A DNA stretch of 64,000 nucleotides from Chiloscyllium plagiosum (lineage: Eukaryota). Location: assembly GCF_004010195.1 (NCBI RefSeq), contig NC_057719.1, positions 58,277,823 to 58,341,822 on the forward strand, given 5' to 3'. Under the pieces are notes generated by a model. It was given only the letters and a program-made list of their open reading frames with translations, had not been told where the DNA came from and ran no database searches. Shown here in pieces: positions 52,616 to 64,000 of this stretch; the first letter of the stretch is position 1; every line of letters starts with the position of its first letter. The position numbers and the translations under genes are program-made.

Positions 52616-55566
52616 CTGCATGATAACATGGTCAGCTGCTTTGGAAAGTAAAGGAAGTTTAGTGATGGGTGCAGCTTGCTGGTTAGAGGAGCTAACAACC
52701 TGTATTTTGAAGAGGGGATGATGGCAGCAGATTAAAGGGGGTATGACTGTATTTGAAGAAAAGAAACAAATTATTATGACCATAAGGTGTCTGGAAGGAC
52801 AGTTGAGCGTGGACGGGACCAAGAACAGGGAGGTGGATCTAATAAACAAGATGAACTAAGAGGAACTATGAAAGAAATTACAGAAAATGAATCGGACAGG
52901 ATATTTATTTTGACTTGAACAGAGTGAAGCCTTTGGGGACATTTGGTTTGATGGACATGGAGAATGAAAAATATAGAAACAGCTGTTCACATGATTCAAA
53001 GTTGGTGACAAAGAAATCAATGAACTCCTTGCCTTTTCTGATCAATTGAGGATTTGGGGCGGGGTGACAGGTTCACAGAGATAATAATGTGAAATAAGAC
53101 ATTGGAATTGTTCTTTAATCTATCTCTTAATTACCTTTCATAGCATTTTGATTTCTTCCATATAAATGATATCAGTAAACCACAAAATATAGATGCTCCA
53201 ACCCTCTATGCCTGCTTTATCCTTTGTCATTTCCCTGACACTTATGAGCTAACACATCATTTTGGTCTTCTGGGTTGGATAAATCAAGTTTGCTCCCTGA
53301 TTATGGAATTCAGCTTTACTACTATATTTCTGCATTTGCTCCACAATCCATGGCAACCACACATCCCACAATGTAGTGGCTTTCTGGATGATTGTTTTTG
53401 AGATTTAGTCACTGTCATAGATGTTATGCAGAATACCATTTGTCAATTCAAAACTCTCAGGAAATTCATGTACTGCCCTTCTGTTTGCTCATCCTATCAA
53501 GTTCAATGATACTCACTTCCTCTTTTCCTAAAGTTTTGTTTGCCTGCAAATTGATAAATTGCCAGAATGTTCATTTCAAGAACCCTTCAGCCTGTTTAAT
53601 GTGATCAAGTATTACCAGTGTCTCATCAGATAAGAACTTTAAGCTGAAGGATGTGTAATTGCACAAGTGATCATTCTACATACATTAATTCCATTCAAGA
53701 CAGCAAATTATCCTATTCAAATGTATGCACCCATCACAAAATCTGTGCAAAAATGAATGCAAGTTAGTAATGGATGGTGCTTTAAGTTCTAGTTCTCTCT
53801 TAGTTTTGTCCATTATCATTCCTTTAGTTTGAAAATTGTGTATCCGTACTGTATAGACAATTTGGCTCTTGAGTATATGGAGGCCAGAAACCAAAGATCA
53901 AATCAAAGAAATCAAAGTTTTCCTGGATTTGGTATTCTGACCTTCAGGATTTAGAATGTCTTTGGCAATTTCAATGTATTATGTTCTAATTAAGAGGGGT
54001 GAACTTGCATCTTCTCTTATCCTATTCCTCCACTGGTCACACCAAGGTATGAACTTAAAAAAGGAGGATACACTGAGAATTGGCTGGATATATCAGCCTG
54101 TGTACAGCTCAGTACCAGAAACAAGTTCCAACAGCGAGAAACAAAGTATGAGCTTATTATGACTTAAACTTAGTCAAGATATAAAAAATACTAACAAAAT
54201 GCTTAAATCGTATAAATATATACAACTTTATTTCTTGAAAATTAATGCACACAAAGAGAACTTCCAGAGAATTATTTTAAAAGTACTTAAGTCAAGTAAC
54301 AGTTCCACTCAAGAAAAATAATTATTTGGAGATTGTTCAAATGTTAGTCTGTAGCCAAAGTCACTTTGCACACAGATTATTGGAACTATGGTATCTTCTT
54401 GGATCAGGTATGACTGAATGAAGTCACTTTTCTGGAGACACTGATGTAGATTTTGAATTCTCCTTAGGAACTGCTAACCTGTGGTGATGAAGCTTTCCAA
54501 TAGGCTTTCAAATCATACTTTTTAGTGAGATAAGGTTCAGAGTAAAATCAGAGAATGTAAAGCTTATTTTTCAAAGTAGGTTATACCTCTGATTCTCTAT
54601 GTTCAAATCCTATAGCTTTATTACACACAGACTGGGTCATATAGCCTCTTTTTGAAAGTATTGAGACTTACTCACTCCAGTCGAGTAGCTTGTGTTCTGT
54701 GCAGATGTAACATTTTTCCCTGCTCTAGCCAGCCTCTCTTTCTTTGCAGTGTTCTTTCCAAAATATCCAAGAAATATATATATATGTCTAGTCAATGATA
54801 TTCTAAATTAATATTTCACTTAAAATATCCTTATAACAAGACATGTGGTTAGTTTCCCTCCCTCTCTGATGTAGAGGTCAACCAATTTGATTCAGCTCAT
54901 GCAAATAAATTAATTGAGATGTCAAGTTTGTTATGTTTCCAGGTAGATATGATGCTACCTCACTTAATCAGTGTACTTGCATTTTTTTATGCTTGAAGTT
55001 CTCTAATCTTTTGAAATTTTATGAATACATTGATATTAACCTGTTTTATCTTTGCCCGGAGCATGAGTCCATCTTTTCGTTGTGCGATGTGTTGTTTGAG
55101 AATGATCATCATTAGATGGCTGGGATTATTTGGATACTACAGGTTATTTTGGAGCTTTCGGGCAACTGTTGAAATTCTATTGTAAACTAACAACAGTAGA
55201 GGTGACTTAATCCTGACCTGTTTGGGGCTTTTGGAAGGACGATTTTGAGACTGAGAGTCAAGATGAGGTAAAGTCCTCTGACCCGAGAAGAATAAAGCAA
55301 GTAACTTTTACAAAATTGTGGAAGATGTGAAGGGCTAAATTATCTTGAAACTTTTATAGCAATTGCAAAACTTTTTAAAAATTCCTTCATAGAAAGTGGC
55401 ATCGCTAGCTGGGCTAGCATTTATTGCCTGTCACTAGTTGCTTTGTGGAGGTGATGGTAAGGTGCTTTCCTTAACCACTACAGTCCATGTGAAAGCTGAA
55501 GCAGTATTCATCATGGTAAGTAGGTGCATTTCATCACACTCCTGACTTGTGCCTTGTAGATAGTAG

Positions 55567-55768
55567 GAGAAAGTAAGGATTGCAGAGTCAAGTGTGTGGT
55601 GCTGGAAAAGCACAGGTCAGGCAGCATCCGAGGAGCAGGAGAATCAACATTTTAGGCATAAGTCTGATTAAGGGTTTATGCCCGAAACGTCGATTCCCCT
55701 GCTCCTCAGATGCTGCCTGACTTGCTGTGCTTTTCCAGCACCACACTTGAATATTTTCCAGCACCACA
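55567..55768. mobile_element. Palindromic Penelope-like family A insert with 14-bp TSD inside an old minus-strand LINE
   Basis: CTTGTAGATAGTAG at 55553-55566 and 55769-55782; inverted arms around 55660. Confidence 0.85.
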
Positions 55769-56244
55769 CTTGTAGATAGTAGACAGGTTTTGGGGAGTCA
55801 GGAAGTGAGTTACTCATTGCAGGGTCCTAGCCTTTTGCCTGCTCTGTGATCATCGATTCCTTTAGTAAAAATCTGCAAAACTTCAGCAGTGTGATTTGGC
55901 ACAGCCCCAAAATCCTCAAGTTGAATTCTCGAATAGGAGCAATTAAGCAACACAATAAATCTGCTAATTTTGGGCTGACACCAAATAAAGACAGCAGTGT
56001 TAAATGCCAAATTTTCATAAAAATCCATCTGGTTTACTAGTATCATTTAGGAAACTTACTTGGTGCCCCCACTTGATCTATGTGACTCTTATATTATGAA
56101 CAGAAATCTCCCAGATTCTGAATGACAATGAACAATGGCAAGTTGTTTGGAAAAATATGGTCTGACCAAAAAAAGTGGGATTCTGAACATCACAAAAAGT
56201 GTATTTTCCTGCAAGGTTTGAAAGCTGAAATGAGAATCTCACTA

Positions 56245-57430
56245 CAGACTGTTCTGCTGTAGCATGGCAGTTGTGTTCTTGTGCAACCTTGTGTTATAGA
56301 AAATTGCTGAATAGAAATAATGGGGCCTATGTGAAAAACAGGGTTGGGGCAAACAACCACAAATATCAGTAAAATTGAAACAAAAGTAGTAGTTAGCCTA
56401 ATACAAATGATAGCACAGTCGGAGTAAATATTAAAATAATATATTTTAATAAATAATACTATAAATTTACCACTTTCTGAATTTGCAGTATTAAGACAGG
56501 GGCTGAGGGTCATCATCAGTATCATGGTTACTTTCAGATGCAGTTCTGGGTGCAGGGTTATGATAAAAGAAAATATTTAGCCCAGAAGTGGATGGCTGTG
56601 GCTCATTGTCCACAGACTGTTTCTTGAAGGATGACTTAAAAAAGGCATCTACCTTTTACTGCTTTAGCACCTTTCTTCTTTCATGAAAAAGCTGTTCAGA
56701 GGGTGCAGTTCCCCCCGCAACAACAAGTTGTTGTAGATCAATCTCCACTTCTTCAAATCCTACTTGCTTTGCAAGAGCGACACAATGCTCTTTGATTGCT
56801 GGAAGCTCTAAAGGTTCAACGCCTTTAAAATCATGAACAAAATCTGGGAGAAGCTTCTGCCCAACTGCATGCAAGCAGTCCTTACTAATATCATTCCAGG
56901 CCTCCACAATGATGTCAATAGCATTCTTAATGTTAAAGCTCTTCCAAAATTGAACAACATTGTACTCATTCTCCCTCTCAGTAGCTGCAATCAGCTTCCT
57001 GAATGCGCGTATTAAATAATAAGCTTTAAAAGCTGCTATTGCACCCTGGTCCATGGATTGAATGAGAAATGTTGTGTTCGGAGGTAGCAATAGCACTTTG
57101 ATGTTTTCAGAAAGTTCACCAACAGTGGAAGGATGGCTTGGTGTATTGTTCAAAATGACAAGAATCTTGAAATTCAAATCTCTTCTCATGCAATAATTTA
57201 TAAAAACATGCTCAAAAAATCAACAATAAGGTCAAAAAAATTTGCCGTGTCATCCAACGTTTTTTACATGACCTGAAGTCAACACCTAAAGTGGACTTAA
57301 GATAATCAAGGATCGAATCGTGTAATAGCCAATGGGAGTTTGCGCTTTTCAAAGAATTGTTCCCCAATTCATTAATCACCTTTACAGCCAAATCACATTG
57401 ATGAAACATGCGTTATAGGAGAATCACCTG
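56245..57430 (-). mobile_element. Internally deleted Tigger/pogo DNA transposon (DDE_1 transposase remnant, 56656-57189)
   Basis: KILVILNNTPSHP...LLPPNTTFLIQSMDQGAIAAFKAYY; CAG...CTG ends with degenerate TIRs; TA on both flanks. Confidence 0.85.
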
Positions 57431-58498
57431 TATTGAGCTGCAAAAGACCCATTTGCATGCATTAACATCTCATTATTACAGATTCCTGCTCCAGTTATAT
57501 GCAGTTTGCTATTCTCTCATGTGGCAGACACAAACTAGACAGCAACAATTCCCTGTTTGAAAGACTTAGTGGGTACCTAGCAACTCCAATGCCTCCAGGC
57601 TAACAAGTCGCTAGCATTCCCTAATATTTCAATTTTTTGGAGATGCCGGTGTTGGACTGGGGTGTAACCTAATATTTCACGACACACTCCACAGATAGTG
57701 ACCACCTGCATTCCACACTGATCAACGCTGGCATCATACATGCACTAACCTCACTGCATCATGATGGCAAATTTACGACTCATTTAGAATACCGTCATCT
57801 ACATCCACACTGCACTTCACTGTGAAATAATGTATTAGGTTGTAATGCAACTGACTACTCACTTTTATGCGGGGATAGGCACCAAAGCCATGGTTGGGTG
57901 CATCTCAGGGTTCTTAGATTGCTCTCGTAGTGCTCACTCAATTTGTGACAACTGAGAACGCTCACAGCATCTGTGCTCTGCCTTACCATTTTGCTCTTTG
58001 CCTCCTCATTCAGAACTTACAAACTCATAGTACTTCTGTCTTGCTTTGCCTTTTAATATAGACACAAAGCCTGGAAGGTTATCATGAGTTGTCACCACAA
58101 TTGTCAGTCAAGAGAGTGGTTGAATATATTGCTACATAGCTATGTCCAATGTCACACGTGCAGCATGGGGTAATGTGGTAAACACTGAATGTATTTCAAC
58201 AAAATGGCCATGTCTCAAGCCACAGAAAGCCACGGGCATCATTCGAAGTCAGTCGATGAACATGATCAGTCATATACTGGGGCTTATCAGAGTCAGGGTA
58301 TCCATATCACTCCAGTGCAGGGACTGGGATACCGCCACTTCTGCCAATTCAGTGCTACCAGACGCAGAATTAACAGTAAGACAGTTGGGAAACTGCACAG
58401 AAATCAGTCAAGACTCTATTCATTCATCAGGTAGGATTGTTTTTCCAAGTTGAAAATCACACAATGTCAGATTATAGTCCACCAGGTTTATTTGGAAG

Positions 58499-58533
58499 CA
58501 CTAGCTTTCGGAGCGCTGCTCCTTCTTCAGGTG
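58499..58533 (-). ncRNA. Intact minimal type I hammerhead ribozyme motif (family B)
   Basis: CAC-CUGAAGA-A-GGAGC-AGC-GCUCC-GAAA-GC-UA^GUG: complete core, perfect 5-bp stem II, 3-bp stem I, and palindromic AGCU at stem III. Confidence 0.8.
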
Positions 58534-58849
58534 GTTGTGAAGCAGGGCCATAAGAAACAGATTTTTTAGCTAAAGATTACAGTGTCATGCAAGTAAAACG
58601 ATATATTGAACAAACCTAGATTGTTGTTAAGTCTTTCATCTTTTAGAATGGGTTACAGGTTTCGATTCATTAATATGCAAATCAGAGAACTTCTTTTAAG
58701 TCACATTCTCAAGATAATTTTTATAAAAAGAGGTGACAACTCAGCTCAGACTATGCATTAAAGGTGTGAGATCAGAGTCTGTCTGTATCCCAATCTTGAG
58801 TCAGACTATTTCCAAAGTGGAATTTACAGAATATTATATGGATTGGCCG

Positions 58850-59737
58850 ACATTTCTGCCACCTACAAATGGACCCCACCACCAGAGATATATTTCCCAC
58901 CCCACCCCTATCTGCTTTCCGCAAAGACCATTCCCTACGCAATTACCTGGTCAGGTCTATGCCCCCTAACAAGCCACCCTCCCTTCCTGGCACCTTCCCG
59001 TGTCATGGCAGGAATTACCTCACGCCACCCCCTCCCCCACTTAACTGTGTCCAAGGCCCCAAAAGAACCTTCTACATCCATCAAAGTTTCGTCTGCACTT
59101 CCATGCATTTCATTTATTGTATCCATTGCTCCCAATGTGGTTTCCTCACATTGGGGAGACTGGAAGCCTTCTCGCAGAGCACTTTAGGGAACATTTCCGG
59201 GACACCCGCACCAATCAACCCCATCGCCCCATGGCCAAACACTTCAACTCCCTCTCCCACTCTGCCGAGGACATGCAGGTCCTGGGCCTCCTCCATCACC
59301 CTCACCACTCGACATCTGGAGGAAGAATGCCTTATCTTCCGTCTCGGGACCCTTCAACCCCAGGGCATCAATGTGGACTTCACCAGTTTCCTCATTTCCC
59401 CTCCTCTCACCTTACCCTAGTTCCGATCTTCCAGCTCAGCACCACCCTCATGACCTGTCCCACCTGTCCTTCCCACCTATCTGCTCCATCCTCCTCTCCG
59501 ACCTATCACCTTTACCCCCACTCCATCTACCTACTGAACTCTCAGCCATCTTCTCACCACACCCAACCCCGTCCCATTTATCTCTCCACCTCCTAGGCTC
59601 CCAGCCTTGTTCCTGAAGAAGGGCTTATGCCCAAAACGTTGATTTTCCTGCTCCTCGGATGCTGCCTGACCTGCTGCGCTTTCCCAGCAACACATTTTTC
59701 AGCTCTGATCTCCAGCATCTGCAGTCCTCACTTTCAC
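58850..59737 (+). mobile_element. Penelope-like family A element with GIY-YIG endonuclease remnant
   Basis: FVCTSMHFIYCIHC...IGETG...REH...AKHFNS...LEEECLIFRLGTLQPQGINVDF; terminal hammerhead with GAAA changed to AAAA. Confidence 0.88.
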
Positions 59738-59973
59738 CTACAGGTTGTGCATTTTGTTGAGCAAAGTAGAATATATCTGCAAATATAAGTCTGCAAATAC
59801 AAATTTCTCCCCATAGACTTATATGTGTGTGCATGAGGAGAGAGGGAGAGAGGGAGAAAGGGAGAGAGAGAGAGAGAGTGAGTGCACGTGAGATAGTCTG
59901 TGTTTGTATGTGTGCAAGCTTGGTAAAATGTGCGTGTGAGTGAGATGGGGTATAAGCTGGTGAGAGGGTGTGA

Positions 59974-60008
<35 letters not shown>

Positions 60009-61559
60009 CGTGTGTATGAGAAAGGGTTTGCATGAGTGTGCGAGTATGTAAGAGCGTGTGTATGTGAGACAGTGGATAGTGGAGTGGGGTTACCTGTAGT
60101 GTGACATGAACCCAAAGTCCCGGTTGAAACCATTCTCATGGGTACTGAACTTGGCTATCAGTCTCTGCTTTGCCACTTTGTGTTGCTGTCTGTCCCTGGA
60201 AAATGGTCACCTGAAGATTCAAAGCCAAATGTCCCTGACCACTGAAGTGTTCCTCGACTGACAGGGTGATTGTTGTGCAGTGTCCATTCATCCGTTGTCA
60301 TAGCGTCTGCTTCATCTTGCCAATGTCCAATGTCCAGGACAATATTGACCACAACAATCCTGTCATGGCAACCACTGCAAGACATGTCAGTGTTGACACG
60401 GATACCACCATTACACTTGGGGACACCACCCATCATGCACGTGGCAGGTACTCATGTGACATGGCCAACAATGTCTATCTCATATGCTGCAGGCAAGGAT
60501 GCCCTGAGGCATGGTACATTGTGAGACCAAACAGACGAATGAATGGACAACGGATGAATGGACACCACCCAACAGTAGCCAGACAGGGATGATCCCTCCC
60601 AGTCGGGGAACACTTCAACAGTCAGGGACATTTGGCTTTAGATCTTTGGGTGACCACCCTCTGAGGGAGACTTTGGGACAGGCAACAACGCAAAGTGGTC
60701 AAGCATAGGCTGCCAGCTAAGTTCAGTGCCCATGACGAAGAACTCAACCGGGACCTTAGGTTCATGTCACACTATAGGTGACCCCACTACATTATACAAT
60801 CTCTCTTTCACACACACACATGCACACACCCAAGCACGTACCCTCTCACAGGTTTATATCCCTTTAGACTCACTCACACACTTTACCAAGCTTGCACACA
60901 CACAAAAACACATTCTCTCACATGCACATACTAACTTATACTCTCTCTCCTGCATATGCACACACATATAAGTCCATGAAATAAATTTGTCTTTGCAGAA
61001 TTATATTTGCAGATACATTCGATATTGCTCAAAAAATGCGCAACCTGTAGGCAGTCAATGCAGACAGGCAATCCATATAATATTTTTAAAATTCCACTTT
61101 GAAAATAGAACTAGTCTGACTCAAGATTGGGATACAGACAGACTCTAACCTCACACCTTTAATGCATTGTCTGAGTTGAGATGTCATTTTTTTTTATAAA
61201 ACCTTAAGTTATCTTGAGAATGTGACTTAAAAGAAGTCCTGTGATTTACATATTAATGAACTGAAACCTGCAACCCATTCTATAAGTTAAAGACTTAACA
61301 ACAATAATCTAGGTTTGGGAACCATATCATTTTACTTGCATGACACCATGATCTTTCGCTATAAATTCTGTGTCTTATGGTCCTGCTTCACAACCACCTG
61401 AAGAAGGAGCAGTGCTCCAAAAGCTAGTGCTTTCAAATAAACCTGGTGGACCATAATCTGAAGTTGTATGATTTTTAACTTTGTCCACTCCCGTCCAACT
61501 CTGGCTCCTTCACATCATGTTTTCCAAGTTGGTCAGTGTTAGACCAGAGTCAGTCAAGG

Positions 61560-62580
61560 GTTTTTTAAAACTTACTTGTTGGTCATGGGCATTGCTGGCT
61601 GGCTGGCCCATCCTTAGTTGAGGTGGTGGTAATAAGTTGCTTTCTTGGACCACTGTAGCTCACATGCTATAGGCTGACCCGCAATGAGCTTAGGAAGGAA
61701 ATTCCAGGATTTTGATCCAGCAAAATTGAAGGAACAGTGATATATTTCCAAGTCAGGATGGTGAGCAGCTTGATGGGGAACTTACATATGGTGGTGTTCC
61801 CAGAAATCTGCTGCCTTTGCCCTTCGATATGGAAGTACTTGTTGGTGTGGAAGGTACCGTCTTAGGATCTTTGGTGAATTTCTGCAGTGCATCTTGTAGA
61901 TAGTACACACTGCTGTGACAGAGCATTGCTGGTGGAGTGAGTGGATGCTTGTGTAAGTGGTGCTAATCAAGCAGGCTGCTTTGTCCTGGATGACGTCTAG
62001 CTTCTCGAGTCTTATTGGAGCTGCACCAATCCAGGCAATTGGGGAGCATTTAATCACACTGCTGACTTCTGCTGAGCAGATGGTGGACAGGCTTTAGCAA
62101 ATCAGGAACTACATTACTTGTCACAGTATTCTTAGCCACTGATCTGTTCTTGTAGCCATTGGGTTTATGAGGCAATTCTAGTTGACATTCTGGTCAATGG
62201 TAACTTCAGCGGCATTGACAGTGGTGTATTCAGTGTTGGTAATGTCAAGGTGTGATTAGATTGCCTCTGATTTATGTGGTATGAATGTTGCCTGTCACTT
62301 ATCAGTCCAAGCCTGGATATTGTACAGATCTTGTTGCATTTGAACATGGACTTCTTCAGTATTTGAGGAGTCATGAATTCTGCTAAACATTGTGCAATCA
62401 TTGGCAAACATCCCTACGTCTGACCTTACAATTGAGGGAAGGCCATCAATGAAACAGCTGAAAATGGTTGGGCATTAGATACTACCCTAAGGAATTCCCG
62501 CAGAGATGGCATGGAGCTGAGGTGACTGACCTCCAACGATACTACCATCTTCCTGTATGCCAGTTATGACTCTTACCAGC
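61560..62580 (-). mobile_element. Old L2/CR1-clade LINE 3' part
   Basis: SPIAWIGAAP...LDVIQDKAACLI...SLHQQCSVTAVCTIYKMH; related pieces at 55390-55850 and 20920-23850. Confidence 0.75.
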
Positions 62581-62586
62581 GGAGAG

Positions 62587-62680
62587 TTGATGAAGGGCGT
62601 ATGCTCAAAATGTCGACTCTCCTGCTCCTCGGATGCTGCCTGACCTGCTATGCTTTTCCAGTGCTATCCTTTTCAACGAT
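62587..62680 (+). mobile_element. Decayed family A PLE terminus
   Basis: TGATGAAGGGCGTATGCTCAAAATGTCGACTCTCCTGCTCCTCGGATGCTGCCTGACCTGC. Confidence 0.7.
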
Positions 62681-64000
62681 GATTTCAATGTGAGCAGTCA
62701 GGGTCCTCTCTGGAAAGGCAAGGATTCTGTCCTCATAGGGGTGAAGAGTTGAATGCTGGGCATCCCACAACCTGTCTTGGCTCTGTTTGCCTTATTGTGG
62801 GCTGTTTTCTCCTTGAGATGGAGGAAGGAACTGAGTGAGATGAAAGTGCCTGGCATAAATATTAATGCTTGTGCAGGTGGGGGAAAGGTGGCAAGGTGAC
62901 CTGAGTGAGTTGGAAGTGCAGAGGGCATGGGTTGAGATGGGTGAGAGTGATTGAGCAAGGAGGCTACATACAACTGAGACTGGTAGACCATAAGATGAAC
63001 CTACAGTGATGGCAACTTCAGACAGAAGAGTGACAGAGTATTTGCCATAGTCTCCTCTTACTGTGCTCTTTTCCACGAACCCATCCACCATGTCCCTGTC
63101 ATCAACTTGGGTTTCTAAATCTTCAGAGTTCATGGAGAAGAAACTTCCTTGCAACTCATCGAAACTGACACTTCGCCAATTTTTGACAAAACTCAGACCT
63201 ACAAATTTGACTTTTGCCAAGAAAAACTGAAGGTAGAGAATGATTGCTGTCTTGCCACTCACCTACATGACAAGAACAAGTAAAAGAGGAATAGACTTGA
63301 CAGTATCATAAAATCATAATTGTCTTTGAACATTATAAAGGAGAAAATAATAGAGCAGCTAAGGAAATAAGTTACTTCCTAATTTTGCTTCAGCATATCA
63401 GACTCCGTATTTAGCAACTACTTTCTCTGTCCCTTCAAATGTTCTTTACTACACATTCATCTGAACCTTAAAATGAGCATATTAAATGAAGTAATTCATA
63501 CCTTTTCCCTTAGTCGTTGTCCTCAGGGTGAATGAATCAATTCCTCATAAAGTGAGTCATCTGAGCCTGTTTCTGAAAATAGTGTGCAAGAGCAGAATTG
63601 TGCAACTGGTCTAAAACACTCTCAGAAGACATGACTATTGAATATTGTGTGGCCTATGATATAAAAAAAAGACAGAAAACTACTGTATGTTTATTGGATG
63701 AAGCAGCACATTTGTTCCATAATGCAATGTTACAAAATAGAATTATTGACAATGCAGCAACCCATTCATTAAAAACCAATTAAAGAACATCTATGAATAT
63801 AAGATTAGAGAGGAACCTGTCTTCTTTTCTGCACAAAGTTTGGTACTTAGTAATCATCATTTTCTAAATTAAAATACAGTTTGAAATTGATTATTTTTAC
63901 AAAGCATTTATAGTTGTATCCTGAATCACTGAAAATACAGGAACCAAGTTGTGCATATGAATAAGATCATGTCTCTACATGACTGGAAGAGCTATCCTAT

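Larger units (their letters stand above)
58453..61519. mobile_element. 3-kb inverted-duplicated Penelope-like family B element with 12-bp TSD, interrupted by a family A element
   Basis: TTTTCCAAGTTG at 58441-58452 and 61520-61531. Left arm on minus, right arm on plus, axis near 60340. GIY-YIG remnant GRYSCDMANNVYLICCRQGCPEAWY. Confidence 0.85.

Noticed and set aside
53850..54840. Solo LTR (also about 5045-5540 and 37193-37385)
   Set aside because: LTR-like composition and a TG or CA end, but boundaries and TSDs could not be established.
56656..57189. Domesticated TIGD1-like gene
   Set aside because: Lacks the N-terminal HTH and most of the DDE domain, and sits between TIR remnants with TA flanks.
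58860..59742. CACCTACA as TSD of the family A insertion
   Set aside because: The left copy appears to lie inside the element's own sequence, so it is probably coincidental microhomology.
59734..60139. His/Thr/Ser-Leu-rich ORFs (also 38707-39108 and 19994-20221)
   Set aside because: Translations of (CA)n and (GA)n microsatellites.
6538..62680. CRISPR-like or prokaryotic system suggested by recurring short repeats
   Set aside because: The repeats are dispersed retroelement termini in vertebrate DNA, with no regular spacers or cas-like ORFs.
38500..64000. mipol1 coding exons expected from synteny
   Set aside because: I recognised no MIPOL1-like coiled-coil peptide on the plus strand; short or non-coding exons cannot be excluded.

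Overview
Vertebrate nuclear DNA, most likely from an elasmobranch (shark-type V-SINE/HE1-like SINEs and CR1 LINEs). The window is dominated by decayed transposons: many CR1 LINE copies, an older L2/CR1-clade LINE, one L1 with both ends and a TSD, a Tx1-like relic, a Gypsy provirus, solo LTRs, a Tigger/pogo element and several Penelope-like element (PLE) families. The only host coding sequence I can support is a 67-nt exon absent from the ORF track: the first coding exon of slc25a21 (minus strand, 37912-37846), with a CpG-enriched promoter near 38.0-38.4 kb. Positions 1-37845 are therefore inferred to be part of a very large slc25a21 intron. The most striking non-coding signal is about a dozen intact-to-decayed minimal hammerhead-ribozyme motifs in 3-4 PLE families with different stem sequences. 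Several sit in TSD-flanked palindromic insertions, including a 3-kb one. All calls come from reading the sequence by eye; no searches were run.
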